Source of the DNA: Podarcis pityusensis
Lineage: Eukaryota
Reading direction: 5' to 3' (one strand)
Assembly: GCA_964106645.2 (NCBI GenBank)
Contig: OZ067050.1
Length of the DNA stretch: 64,000 nucleotides
Under the pieces are notes generated by a model, which made no database searches, had not been told where the DNA came from, and worked only from the letters and a program-made list of their open reading frames with translations. Below are positions 36,927-50,703 of the stretch, piece after piece (within the stretch, counting starts at the first letter, position 1; each line of letters starts with the position of its first letter). The position numbers and the translations under genes are program-made.

Positions 36927-39900
36927 GTTGCTATGGAAGGAAGCAGAAACCAGCTGTTAAAAGGGGAGCCCATTTTATTTAGGATTGTTATAATTGTTAT
37001 TATTTTTCATCCACTTTACTGTTGCCAACTGTAGACCACTGTGTTAAAAAATTATAGCAAATTCATGTAATCCAAGTTACACTTTGCTTTCTAGTGTGAA
37101 AGTATCTGAAAATATCCAGAAAATAGATGCAACACATGCTGAGGTACTTTGTGTTATGCAAGATTTGTGAACAAAGGTAGATAGTTGCTGGAGAGAGCGA
37201 CTATCTGTGTAGGAGAGAATATGACAGTTAGGGAGAAAGAAGGAAGGAAGGATGACCAATACATTACTTTCATTGTAAGTGCAAGTGGAAAATATAGAAT
37301 GGTATCTTACTTTTTTCTTCTTCATATGGTTCTCTCCAGTATGCTTCTCCAGTGAAATTAAATGGCTGCATATTTCTCCACCCATACCTGAAATTTTATA
37401 GCAATCCTCCAGCAGTTGGATTTATGATGACAATAAACATGAATCAACATGGGGAAGACACTTATTAATAATTCTCCTGTCTTTCTAGAGATTTACTCTC
37501 ACAGGAATTCAACACACCTCAGCATTAGGGCTGTATAGAAACAATACTGCATTTTGTTTAGTTTTGCTAATTTGTTTGTTTTGGTTATCATAATAATATC
37601 AAAACTATGAAGGGAACTAATCATTCCACAACAGCTATATCAGATATACCCATCTGTATGAAATTCTTCTGACATGGATAGCTCTAACTATCAATGTTAA
37701 TAATGAGTGTAATGAGTCCAGGCAGCTGGCTTGATAACACAGGACACCAGAGTAATTAACTTGAAGATTTATTGCAAACAAAGCAATTATCCTCAGGGCC
37801 CTCTCGCTGAGCGTCCATTAGTACACCCAAGTTGACCCTTCTGAGGAATGCTTCCAGTGTCTGCAGAATTTACTGAACCTATGAACCTTGTGTTTCTTGG
37901 TTTGTTTTCTGTCTAAAACCCTTCCCATTCATCAGCTTCTTGGGCTCACTGTGTCAACCAACTCCTCTTCTGGTGAAGAAAAGCTCTTTCTCTTGCTTTT
38001 TGTGCCTGCCTGAGAGCTTTGGCTTGTTCCAGCCTGCTTCTAGCTACTTTCTTATCTGCATTCCTTTTAGTTTCAACAAGAGGAGGGGGAGTCGGCAGGT
38101 GCCAGCTCTCCTCTGCCTGAGAGAAATCCGAGCCTCTCTGCTGCTGGCTGGTGTCTAACTCAGGCTGGAAATTCTGGCTTTGGGCAGGTGTGATCATGAC
38201 CATGAGGAATACCACTCATTGGCAAAGAGTGCCTCTTAAAACCAGCACCTGTGGGATAAGTAGTAACTGTATGTCTGAATGTTCCTGATGCTTTTGCACT
38301 GCACCCAGATGGAGTTTCTTCACGTTTTATAAACCTTTTTGTAAAGCCTCTCCTTCTTGCAGAGGGGAGGAGTTGTGAGTGGGAGCCGTTTCCCACATGC
38401 AGGGGGCGTTCCGGCCCCTGCCTAGCTGTCCCGGCTGCCACGCCATGCCCCCTGGCAGCCAACCAATCAGGTCGATGCTTGGGGGCGGGGTTTAGCTGCT
38501 CAAATGCCGCCACAGCAGCATTTCCCCTTCATTGCGTTGCTGGTTTTCGTCGGATCACCCACCCACCCTCCCTTCAGTTCATTCCTTGTTTCTTGACATT
38601 GCTATGGACCTTTGGTTGGTCGCCTTGGTTGTCCAAGGGGCCTGGTAGGAATTTTTATCCAACTGTCAAAATGGCACCGGCCACTTGGTTTTTCGTCTAC
38701 CTTGTAACAAATCGTCACAACTTTTTAGGTATTGGAGGTTAGGCACTGGAATATGTTTGTGTATTTGCAGGGCAGGGTATGGCCACCGCCTACCTCTCCA
38801 CTTTATGGGTATTCCAGTAAAGGAATCTGGTAGTCGTGGATCCTGTCTGATGCCCCTGCTGGTGGCTAGGGCCATGGCATGACCCCCGGTGACATCAGGG
38901 GGAGCTTTCAGTTGTATTTGCATCAACAGGCTCCTCCCACTGGTGGTTAACCCTGGTTAGACTCACACCTCCCTGAGGGGGGGGGGAGTCACGCTCTGTT
39001 GTTTGATGCAATGCCTAAGCCAATACATCTCACATGCTGTAATCAATAAAGTTGTGGTCTTTTTTAGCCCATTAACCTAATATACTGTGTCCCTGTGTCT
39101 TTCTTATCCTCAAGTGGGTGGTGGGTCCTTGAATCACAAAAGGAGCTACCTGAGCCTATAATAGGTTAAAGTGAGAATGAAACTATCAAAGCAAGTCCCA
39201 CCTGCATGTCAACTCCACATGAGTAGTTCTGCAAGGAACTTCGAGTAGAGACATAAATGTGCCTTATTTTGTTTATTGTAAACCCCTTGTATCCACTAAA
39301 GAACTCACACCTAGAAATAACCAATGATTTATTTATTCAAGAAAGATATGTTTAACTTTAGACAGTCTGTTGCAAAGTCAGCAAGTGCAGGCCACAACCA
39401 ATCACTGATACATCCATCCTCTCTAATATAGAGATGAAAGTGATCCTAGCTCCCTGGAATGTTAAGGGATGAACATAACCAGTAGATGGTAGAGGAAAGG
39501 TTTTGCCTTATCTGCAGACAGGCAAGATTCAGAGGATGAAGATTGTATACTGATTGTGTGTTTATCACTGCCCTTCTGTTTCTCCTTCGAGCTGTCAGCC
39601 AATAAACAAAACTAAAGAGAAAAGGGTTTTTTGAAATATGCAATTTATTCTGCTGCTTCTATGGGATAAAGCTAGGATGAAGATGAGAACTTCTGAAATG
39701 CTGGGCATAGGGAGTCTTATCTTCCTGGTTTCTAAGTCATAAATTTAAGCAAAATGCAATCCTCAGTGTTCATGTGCAGCAGAGTACCTCTACAGGTTAA
39801 TGGTGACTCCAATTTTTCCCATCAGTTTGCAATGTGTTCATCTGATACTCCCTGCACATTTGGAGTTAGGAAGTCTGTTGCCTTTTCAAAGGCTTTTGGG

Positions 39901-40058
39901 GACATAATGAAATTAAGGGGGGGGGGTGCAGGAATCCTTTCTGTTTGGGATATTAGACAATGAAATCCCAAGGAATCCCTCAATGACTATAGCAGCAGAA
40001 ATGAAATGAAGGAAGAATGGTTGATGAAAATCTTGGAATATGCAGAGATGGCAGAATT

Positions 40059-40258
40059 NNNNNNNNNNNNNNNNNNNNNNNNNNNNNNNNNNNNNNNNNN
40101 NNNNNNNNNNNNNNNNNNNNNNNNNNNNNNNNNNNNNNNNNNNNNNNNNNNNNNNNNNNNNNNNNNNNNNNNNNNNNNNNNNNNNNNNNNNNNNNNNNNN
40201 NNNNNNNNNNNNNNNNNNNNNNNNNNNNNNNNNNNNNNNNNNNNNNNNNNNNNNNNNN
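40059..40258. other. Assembly gap (200 N)
   Basis: A run of exactly 200 N, typical of an arbitrary-size scaffold gap. Confidence 0.99.
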
Positions 40259-43200
40259 TGAGAGCTTTGGCTTGTTCCAGCCTGCTTCTAGCTACTTTCT
40301 TATCTGCATTCCCTTTTAGTTTCAACAAGAGGAGGGGGAGTCGGCAGGTGCCAGCTCTCCTCTGCCTGAGAGAAATCCGAGCCTCTCTGCTGCTGGCTGG
40401 TGTCTAACTCAGGCTGGAAATTCTGGCTTTGGGCAGGTGTGATCATGACCATGAGGAATACCACTCATTGGCAAAGAGTGCCTCTTAAAACCAGCACCTG
40501 TGGGATAAGTAGTAACTGTATGTCTGAATGTTTCCTGATGCTTTTGCACTGCACCCAGATGGAGTTTCTTCACGTTTTATAAACCTTTTTGTAAAGCCTC
40601 TCCTTCTTGCAGAGGGGAGGAGTTGTGAGTGGGAGCCGTTTCCCACATGCAGGGGGCGTTCCGGCCCCTGCCTAGCTGTCCCGGCTGCCACGCCATGCCC
40701 CCTGGCAGCCAACCAATCAGGTCGATGCTTGGGGGCGGGGTTTAGCTGCTCAAATGCCGCCACAGCAGCATTTCCCCTTCATTGCGTTGCTGGTTTTCGT
40801 CGGATCACCCACCCACCCTCCCTTCAGTTCATTCCTTGTTTCTTGACATTGCTATGGACCTTTGGTTGGTCGCCTTGGTTGTCCAAGGGGCCTGGTAGGA
40901 ATTTTTATCCAACTGTCAAAATGGCACCGGCCCACTTGGTTTTTCGTCTACCTTGTAACAAATCGTCACAACTTTTTAGGTATTGGAGGTTAGGCACTGG
41001 AATATGTTTGTGTATTTGCAGGGCAGGGTATGGCCACCGCCTACCTCTCCACTTTATGGGTATTCCAGTAAAGGAATCTGGTAGTCGTGGATCCTGTCTG
41101 ATGCCCCTGCTGGTGGCTAGGGCCATGGCATGACCCCCGGTGACATCAGGGGGAGCTTTCAGTTGTATTTGCATCAACAGGCTCCTCCCACTGGTGGTTA
41201 ACCCTGGTTAGACTCACACCTCCCTGAGGGGGGGGGGGGAGTCACGCTCTGTTGTTTGATGCAATGCCTAAGCCAATACATCTCACATGCTGTAATCAAT
41301 AAAGTTGTGGTCTTTTTTAGCCCATTAACCTAATATACTGTGTCCCTGTGTCTTTCTTATCCTCAAGTGGGTGGTGGGTCCTTGAATCACAAAAGGAGCT
41401 ACCTGAGCCTATAATAGGTTAAAGTGAGAATGAAACTATCAAAGCAAGTCCCACCTGCATGTCAACTCCACATGAGTAGTTCTGCAAGGAACTTCGAGTA
41501 GAGACATAAATGTGCCTTATTTTGTTTATTGTAAACCCTTGTATCCACTAAAGAACTCACACCTAGAAATAACCAATGATTTATTTATTCAAGAAAGATA
41601 TGTTTAACTTTAGACAGGTCTGTTGCAAAGTCAGCAAGTGCAGGCCACAACCAATCACTGATACATCCATCCTCTCTAATATAGAGATGAAAGTGATCCT
41701 AGCTCCCTGGAATGTTAAGGGATGAACATAACCAGTAGATGGTAGAGGAAAGGTTTTGCCTTATTCTGCAGACAGGCAAGATTCAGAGGATGAAGATTGT
41801 ATACTGATTGTGTGTTTATCACTGCCCTTCTGTTTCTCCTTCGAGCTGTCAGCCAATAAACAAAACTAAAGAGAAAAGGGTTTTTTGAAATATGCAATTT
41901 ATTCTGCTGCTTCTATGGGATAAAGCTAGGATGAAGATGAGAACTTCTGAAATGCTGGGCATAGGGAGTCTTATCTTCCTGGTTTCTAAGTCATAAATTT
42001 AAGCAAAATGCAATCCTCAGTGTTCATGTGCAGCAGAGTACCTCTACAGGTTAATGGTGACTCCAATTTTTCCCATCAGTTTGCAATGTGTTCATCTGAT
42101 ACTCCCTGCACATTTGGAGTTAGGAAGTCTGTTGCCTTTTCAAAGGCTTTTGGGGACATAATGAAATTAAGGGGGGGGGGGTGCAGGAATCCTTTCTGTT
42201 TGGGATATTAGACAATGAAATCCCAAGGAATCCCTCAATGACTATAGCAGCAGAAATGAAATGAAGGAAGAATGGTTGATGAAAATCTTGGAATATGCAG
42301 AGATGGCAGAATTGATGGCACTGAAGTGTAAGATAACAGCAGAATATATGTACAAACATGTTAGAGGGAATTAAATTAGATAAGACAAAACCTTAAAATG
42401 CAATTGTATGTAATCTGAGTTATAAACATCGATGTTGGGTGAGTGGGAAGTCACTAGTTTTGCTGGATTGGAATATAATTGTTGAGTAACAAATGTAACT
42501 TTGGATATGGAAAAAAGAACAAAATACTATTACAAAAAAGAGAGAGACTGTTGCCTTCCATTGCAATGGACAAGAAAGATGTTATATCAAGAGCTATACA
42601 TAGTTCACCAGGAGCTGATTCTTGTATCAAAGGTGCAAGCAGGACAAACACTCTGAACCATTAACATGAGCCAGGCAAAAGTCAGGGAAAACACATACCC
42701 TCCAACATTCCTCTGATGAAAATAGGGACATTTTGGAGGGTAAAGGTAAAGGTAGCCCTGGCCGTTATGTTCAGTCGTGGATAGGCAACCACAATTAGGT
42801 GTAGTGGTGTAAGTGTGGGTTAAAATGTTTCCCATTGCTTTACTCCAAAGACCGACTGGGAGGAAGGTCAGTTGGAGCCCTTCTTACCTGGCCCTTGCTC
42901 CACCCCCCAGCCTGCAGCTGATTGGCTAGCCAGGGAGGGAGTAGAACGATGGCCTGCATGCAGAGGGGCATCACCCTGGCACAGGAAGCCTGAGCCGGGT
43001 TGCAAACCCCGCCCACTGCTAAAGGTGTGAGCGGTAATTCCCATTGCTTTACTTTTCCATAGAAAATTCATTCATTCGACTTATTACAGTTATTACACCT
43101 TAGGTGAAATACAATAAAATTCAGATTAAGCAAAACAACAACCACAGCAATTCTATGCCACCTTTCATCTGCGGATCACAGGGCAGTTTACAATATAAAA

Positions 43201-43967
43201 ACACAAAAATACACAATAGAGTAACAGACAAAAACAACAACCCCACCCACTTTTAAAGGCCATAGATTATTGAATTAGCCCAAGGCCTGGGCAGCATAGC
43301 CCAAAGTCACTTATGATGGGAGCTAGAGAAAAAGCATGCAGAGGGCCTTAAACTTTACTATGAGGCTGCCTGTATAACATGGTTGGGTGATTGGATAAAA
43401 TTGGATAACACCGATTTACTAGTTTTAGAAGGGTTTGGAAATAGACACTCGCGGGACTGAAATAAACTGCATAATGTTTATTAAAAATCATTCATTTTGG
43501 ATTTAAGAACATTGAACAAATATATTACAACAATTGAAGGATGTATATTTAATTAAATTTTGAATAGTATTATTACATAGTATTAAGTACACAGAATGTA
43601 AACATGACAAATGCATAAATATACAGAAAATATAGAGAAACCAGAAGAAGGAAGGAGGGAAGTACAAACTTGTTTAGAGTTAAAGTATTAAGGTTAAAAG
43701 GAATAAGGTATATATTATGTATTATGATGGTGAAATTTGTAAAATCTCTAAAACCAATAAAGATCATAAAAAAGCATGCAGAGGGCTGCAGGGCAAAGAC
43801 AGATATTTTAAGCACTACACCAATTTTCACAATTTGCAATATAAGCAATGTACCCCTTCTAGATCAATTGAGAAAACAAAGCTAAATCTATTTAGCTGCT
43901 TCAAAGTTTCCTCATAGAATTTCAGGTTTTCTATAATTAGTTTTATCCTCTATACAGATATTATCCT

Positions 43968-44942
43968 TCACAAAATAAGACTGGAAAAGTTTTTCATAGA
44001 GGAGTGAGGCAAACACAGTAGCTTTGATAGAGCGTTTTTAATCTCCTTATTTCTCATGCTATAGATTACTGGATTCATCAAGGGTGGAACCATGGAATAC
44101 ATCACTGTAAATGCCAAATTTAGATATGGTGAGGTATTAGAGGTAGGCTTGAAGTACGCAAAGTATCCAGTAAATACAAATAGGGCATAAACTATGAGAT
44201 GGGGAAGGCAGGTTGAGAAAGCCTTTCGCCTTCCTTCAGTTGAGGGGATTTTCAGCAACGCAGTGAAAATGTACACATAGGTTATAATGTTGAAGATAAA
44301 GCAGCCAATCCCAAAGACAGCACTTATAGCAATAGCTCCTATTTCCACTAGATACAAATCCGTGCAGGCCAGCTTAAGTAACTGCGGGATTTCACAAAAA
44401 AATTGATTGACTTCATTGGAACAAAAGGGGGATGCAAAGGTACCTCCAGTGTGTAACACTCCATAGAAAAAGCTGCTGATCCATACACTGCTAATCATTT
44501 GAATATAGGCTTGCCTATTCATCAGCATCCCATACTGCAATGGTTTGCAAATGGCAACATACCGATCATATGCCATGACTGTGAGAAGAAAGAAATCAGA
44601 TGCCATAAATGACATGAACAATAGTACTTGTGCAACACACCCAGAGTAGGAAATGTACCTGGTATTCATGAGGGAATTGAGCATGGATTTGGGATTAATG
44701 ACTGAAACTTGTCCCAGGTCCTGCATGGCCAAGTTCAGCAGGAAGAAGTACATGGGGGTGTGCAGGTGGTGGTCAAAGGCTACTGCAGAGATGATGAGAA
44801 GATTCCCTGTGACAGTTGCCAAGTACAATACCAGGAATATAACGGAATGTAGAATTTGCAGTTCCCGAACTTCTGAGAATTCTAGGAGGAGAAATTCTGA
44901 AAAAGATGTTTGATTATCCATGCTCTGCTTCTTCACATTCAT
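43968..44942 (-). CDS. Olfactory receptor, OR14-like (324 aa), array copy 3
   Basis: Protein identical to copy 1; could be an assembly duplicate of copy 2. Confidence 0.9.
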   Translation of the reverse strand: MNVKKQSMDNQTSFSEFLLLEFSEVRELQILHSVIFLVLYLATVTGNLLIISAVAFDHHLHTPMYFFLLNLAMQDLGQVSVINPKSMLNSLMNTRYISYSGCVAQVLLFMSFMASDFFLLTVMAYDRYVAICKPLQYGMLMNRQAYIQMISSVWISSFFYGVLHTGGTFASPFCSNEVNQFFCEIPQLLKLACTDLYLVEIGAIAISAVFGIGCFIFNIITYVYIFTALLKIPSTEGRRKAFSTCLPHLIVYALFVFTGYFAYFKPTSNTSPYLNLAFTVMYSMVPPLMNPVIYSMRNKEIKNALSKLLCLPHSSMKNFSSLIL

Positions 44943-47900
44943 GTTGCTATGGAAGGAAGCAGAAACCAGCTGTTAAAAGGGGAGCCCATTTTATTTAGGA
45001 TTGTTATAATTGTTATTATTTTTCATCCACTTTACTGTTGCCAACTGTAGACCACTGTGTTAAAAAATTATAGCAAATTCATGTAATCCAAGTTACACTT
45101 TGCTTTCTAGTGTGAAAGTATCTGAAAATATCCAGAAAATAGATGCAACACATGCTGAGGTACTTTGTGTTATGCAAGATTTGTGAACAAAGGTAGATAG
45201 TTGCTGGAGAGAGCGACTATCTGTGTAGGAGAGAATATGACAGTTAGGGAGAAAGAAGGAAGGAAGGATGACCAATACATTACTTTCATTGTAAGTGCAA
45301 GTGGAAAATATAGAATGGTATCTTACTTTTTTCTTCTTCATATGGTTCTCTCCAGTATGCTTCTCCAGTGAAATTAAATGGCTGCATATTTCTCCACCCA
45401 TACCTGAAATTTTATAGCAATCCTCCAGCAGTTGGATTTATGATGACAATAAACATGAATCAACATGGGGAAGACACTTATTAATAATTCTCCTGTCTTT
45501 CTAGAGATTTACTCTCACAGGAATTCAACACACCTCAGCATTAGGGCTGTATAGAAACAATACTGCATTTTGTTTAGTTTTGCTAATTTGTTTGTTTTGG
45601 TTATCATAATAATATCAAAACTATGAAGGGAACTAATCATTCCACAACAGCTATATCAGATATACCCATCTGTATGAAATTCTTCTGACATGGATAGCTC
45701 TAACTATCAATGTTAATAATGAGTGTAATGAGTCCAGGCAGCTGGCTTGATAACACAGGACACCAGAGTAATTAACTTGAAGATTTATTGCAAACAAAGC
45801 AATTATCCTCAGGGCCCTCTCGCTGAGCGTCCATTAGTACACCCAAGTTGACCCTTCTGAGGAATGCTTCCAGTGTCTGCAGAATTTACTGAACCTATGA
45901 ACCTTGTGTTTCTTGGTTTGTTTTCTGTCTAAAACCCTTCCCATTCATCAGCTTCTTGGGCTCACTGTGTCAACCAACTCCTCTTCTGGTGAAGAAAAGC
46001 TCTTTCTCTTGCTTTTTGTGCCTGCCTGAGAGCTTTGGCTTGTTCCAGCCTGCTTCTAGCTACTTTCTTATCTGCATTCCTTTTAGTTTCAACAAGAGGA
46101 GGGGGAGTCGGCAGGTGCCAGCTCTCCTCTGCCTGAGAGAAATCCGAGCCTCTCTGCTGCTGGCTGGTGTCTAACTCAGGCTGGAAATTCTGGCTTTGGG
46201 CAGGTGTGATCATGACCATGAGGAATACCACTCATTGGCAAAGAGTGCCTCTTAAAACCAGCACCTGTGGGATAAGTAGTAACTGTATGTCTGAATGTTC
46301 CTGATGCTTTTGCACTGCACCCAGATGGAGTTTCTTCACGTTTTATAAACCTTTTTGTAAAGCCTCTCCTTCTTGCAGAGGGGAGGAGTTGTGAGTGGGA
46401 GCCGTTTCCCACATGCAGGGGGCGTTCCGGCCCCTGCCTAGCTGTCCCGGCTGCCACGCCATGCCCCCTGGCAGCCAACCAATCAGGTCGATGCTTGGGG
46501 GCGGGGTTTAGCTGCTCAAATGCCGCCACAGCAGCATTTCCCCTTCATTGCGTTGCTGGTTTTCGTCGGATCACCCACCCACCCTCCCTTCAGTTCATTC
46601 CTTGTTTCTTGACATTGCTATGGACCTTTGGTTGGTCGCCTTGGTTGTCCAAGGGGCCTGGTAGGAATTTTTATCCAACTGTCAAAATGGCACCGGCCAC
46701 TTGGTTTTTCGTCTACCTTGTAACAAATCGTCACAACTTTTTAGGTATTGGAGGTTAGGCACTGGAATATGTTTGTGTATTTGCAGGGCAGGGTATGGCC
46801 ACCGCCTACCTCTCCACTTTATGGGTATTCCAGTAAAGGAATCTGGTAGTCGTGGATCCTGTCTGATGCCCCTGCTGGTGGCTAGGGCCATGGCATGACC
46901 CCCGGTGACATCAGGGGGAGCTTTCAGTTGTATTTGCATCAACAGGCTCCTCCCACTGGTGGTTAACCCTGGTTAGACTCACACCTCCCTGAGGGGGGGG
47001 GGAGTCACGCTCTGTTGTTTGATGCAATGCCTAAGCCAATACATCTCACATGCTGTAATCAATAAAGTTGTGGTCTTTTTTAGCCCATTAACCTAATATA
47101 CTGTGTCCCTGTGTCTTTCTTATCCTCAAGTGGGTGGTGGGTCCTTGAATCACAAAAGGAGCTACCTGAGCCTATAATAGGTTAAAGTGAGAATGAAACT
47201 ATCAAAGCAAGTCCCACCTGCATGTCAACTCCACATGAGTAGTTCTGCAAGGAACTTCGAGTAGAGACATAAATGTGCCTTATTTTGTTTATTGTAAACC
47301 CTTGTATCCACTAAAGAACTCACACCTAGAAATAACCAATGATTTATTTATTCAAGAAAGATATGTTTAACTTTAGACAGTCTGTTGCAAAGTCAGCAAG
47401 TGCAGGCCACAACCAATCACTGATACATCCATCCTCTCTAATATAGAGATGAAAGTGATCCTAGCTCCCTGGAATGTTAAGGGATGAACATAACCAGTAG
47501 ATGGTAGAGGAAAGGTTTTGCCTTATTCTGCAGACAGGCAAGATTCAGAGGATGAAGATTGTATACTGATTGTGTGTTTATCACTGCCCTTCTGTTTCTC
47601 CTTCGAGCTGTCAGCCAATAAACAAAACTAAAGAGAAAAGGGTTTTTTGAAATATGCAATTTATTCTGCTGCTTCTATGGGATAAAGCTAGGATGAAGAT
47701 GAGAACTTCTGAAATGCTGGGCATAGGGAGTCTTATCTTCCTGGTTTCTAAGTCATAAATTTAAGCAAAATGCAATCCTCAGTGTTCATGTGCAGCAGAG
47801 TACCTCTACAGGTTAATGGTGACTCCAATTTTTCCCATCAGTTTGCAATGTGTTCATCTGATACTCCCTGCACATTTGGAGTTAGGAAGTCTGTTGCCTT

Positions 47901-49728
47901 TTCAAAGGCTTTTGGGGACATAATGAAATTAAGGGGGGGGGGTGCAGGAATCCTTTCTGTTTGGGATATTAGACAATGAAATCCCAAGGAATCCCTCAAT
48001 GACTATAGCAGCAGAAATGAAATGAAGGAAGAATGGTTGATGAAAATCTTGGAATATGCAGAGATGGCAGAATTGATGGCACTGAAGTGTAAGATAACAG
48101 CAGAATATATGTACAAACATGTTAGAGGGAATTAAATTAGATAAGACAAAACCTTAAAATGCAATTGTATGTAATCTGAGTTATAAACATCGATGTTGGG
48201 TGAGCGGGAAGTCACTAGTTTTGCTGGATTGGAATATAATTGTTGAGTAACAAATGTAACTTTGGATATGGAAAAAAGAACAAAATACTATTACAAAAAA
48301 GAGAAAGACTGTTGCCTTCCATTGCAATGGACAAGAAAGATGTTATATCAAGAGCTATACATAGTTCACCAGGAGCTGATTCTTGTATCAAAGGTGCAAG
48401 CAGGACAAACACTCTGAACCATTAACATGAGCCAGGCAAAAGTCAGGGAAAACACATACCCTCCAACATTCCTCTGATGAAAATAGGGACATTTTGGAGG
48501 GTAAAGGTAAACGTAGCCCTGACCGTTATGTCCAGTCGTGGATAGGCAACCACAATTAGGTGTAGTGGTGTAAGTGTGGGTTAAAATGTTTCCCATTGCT
48601 TTACTCCAAAGACCGACTGGGAGGAAGGTCAGTTGGAGCCCTTCTTACCTGGCCCTTGCTCCACCCCCCAGCCTGCAGCTGATTGGCTAGCCAGGGAGGG
48701 AGTAGAACGATGGCCTGCATGCAGAGGGGCATCACCCTGGCACAGGAAGCCTGAGCCGGGTTGCAAACCCCGCCCACTGCTAAAGGTGTGAGCGGTAATT
48801 CCCATTGCTTTACTTTTCCATAGAAAATTCATTCATTCGACTTATTACAGTTATTACACCTTAGGTGAAATACAATAAAATTCAGATTAAGCAAAACAAC
48901 AACCACAGCAATTCTATGCCACCTTTCATCTGCGGATCACAGGGCAGTTTACAATATAAAAACACAAAAATACACAATAGAGTAACAGACAAAAACAACA
49001 ACCCCACCCACTTTTAAAGGCCATAGATTATTGAATTAGCCCAAGGCCTGGGCAGCATAGCCCAAAGTCACTTATGATGGGAGCTAGAGAAAAAGCATGC
49101 AGAGGGCCTTAAACTTTACTATGAGGCTGCCTGTATAACATGGTTGGGTGAATGGATAAAATTGGATAACACCGATTTACTAGTTTTAGAAGGGTTTGGA
49201 AATAGACACTCGCGGGACTGAAATAAACCGCATAATGTTTATTAAAAATCATTCATTTTGGATTTAAGAACATTGAACAAATATATTACAACAATTGAAG
49301 GATGTATATTTAATTAAATTTTGAATAGTATTATTACATAGTATTAAGTACACAGAATGTAAACATGACAAATGCATAAATATACAGAAAATATAGAGAA
49401 ACCAGAAGAAGGAAGGAGGGAAGTACAAACTTGTTTAGAGTTAAAGTATTAAGGTTAAAAGGAATAAGGTATATATTATGTATTATGATGGTGAAATTTG
49501 TAAAATCTCTAAAACCAATAAAGATCATAAAAAAGCATGCAGAGGGCTGCAGGGCAAAGACAGATATTTTAAGCACTACACCAATTTTCACAATTTGCAA
49601 TATAAGCAATGTACCCCTTCTAGATCAATTGAGAAAACAAAGCTAAATCTATTTAGCTGCTTCAAAGTTTCCTCATAGAATTTCAGGTTTTCTATAATTA
49701 GTTTTATCCTCTATACAGATATTATCCT

Positions 49729-50703
49729 TCACAAAATAAGACTGGAAAAGTTTTTCATAGAGGAGTGAGGCAAACACAGTAGCTTTGATAGAGCGTTTTT
49801 AATCTCCTTATTTCTCATGCTATAGATTACTGGATTCATCAAGGGTGGAACCATGGAATACATCACTGTAAATGCCAAATTTAGATATGGTGAGGTATTA
49901 GAGGTAGGCTTGAAGTACGCAAAGTATCCAGTAAATACAAATAGGGCATAAACTATGAGATGGGGAAGGCAGGTTGAGAAAGCCTTTCGCCTTCCTTCAG
50001 TTGAGGGGATTTTCAGCAACGCAGTGAAAATGTACACATAGGTTATAATGTTGAAGATAAAGCAGCCAATCCCAAAGACAGCACTTATAGCAATAGCTCC
50101 TATTTCCACTAGATACAAATCCGTGCAGGCCAGCTTAAGTAACTGCGGGATTTCACAAAAAAATTGATTGACTTCATTGGAACAAAAGGGGGATGCAAAG
50201 GTACCTCCAGTGTGTAACACTCCATAGAAAAAGCTGCTGATCCATACACTGCTAATCATTTGAATATAGGCTTGCCTATTCATCAGCATCCCATACTGCA
50301 ATGGTTTGCAAATGGCAACATACCGATCATATGCCATGACTGTGAGAAGAAAGAAATCAGATGCCATAAATGACATGAACAATAGTACTTGTGCAACACA
50401 CCCAGAGTAGGAAATGTACCTGGTATTCATGAGGGAATTGAGCATGGATTTGGGATTAATGACTGAAACTTGTCCCAGGTCCTGCATGGCCAAGTTCAGC
50501 AGGAAGAAGTACATGGGGGTGTGCAGGTGGTGGTCAAAGGCTACTGCAGAGATGATGAGAAGATTCCCTGTGACAGTTGCCAAGTACAATACCAGGAATA
50601 TAACGGAATGTAGATTTTGCAGTTCCCGAACTTCTGAGAATTCTAGGAGGAGAAATTCTGAAAAAGATGTTTGATTATCCATGCTCTGCTTCTTCACATT
50701 CAT
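49729..50703 (-). CDS. Olfactory receptor, OR14-like (324 aa), array copy 4 (I30N)
   Basis: Differs from copies 1-3 by ELQILH to ELQNLH (base change at 50615). Confidence 0.95.
   Translation of the reverse strand: MNVKKQSMDNQTSFSEFLLLEFSEVRELQNLHSVIFLVLYLATVTGNLLIISAVAFDHHLHTPMYFFLLNLAMQDLGQVSVINPKSMLNSLMNTRYISYSGCVAQVLLFMSFMASDFFLLTVMAYDRYVAICKPLQYGMLMNRQAYIQMISSVWISSFFYGVLHTGGTFASPFCSNEVNQFFCEIPQLLKLACTDLYLVEIGAIAISAVFGIGCFIFNIITYVYIFTALLKIPSTEGRRKAFSTCLPHLIVYALFVFTGYFAYFKPTSNTSPYLNLAFTVMYSMVPPLMNPVIYSMRNKEIKNALSKLLCLPHSSMKNFSSLIL

Noticed and set aside
39987-40407. ORFs spanning the N run
   Set aside because: Artefacts of translating through the gap.
40528-41133. 201-aa ORF unique to the post-gap copy
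   Set aside because: Created by single-base insertions at a contig end that fuse frames; probably sequencing error.
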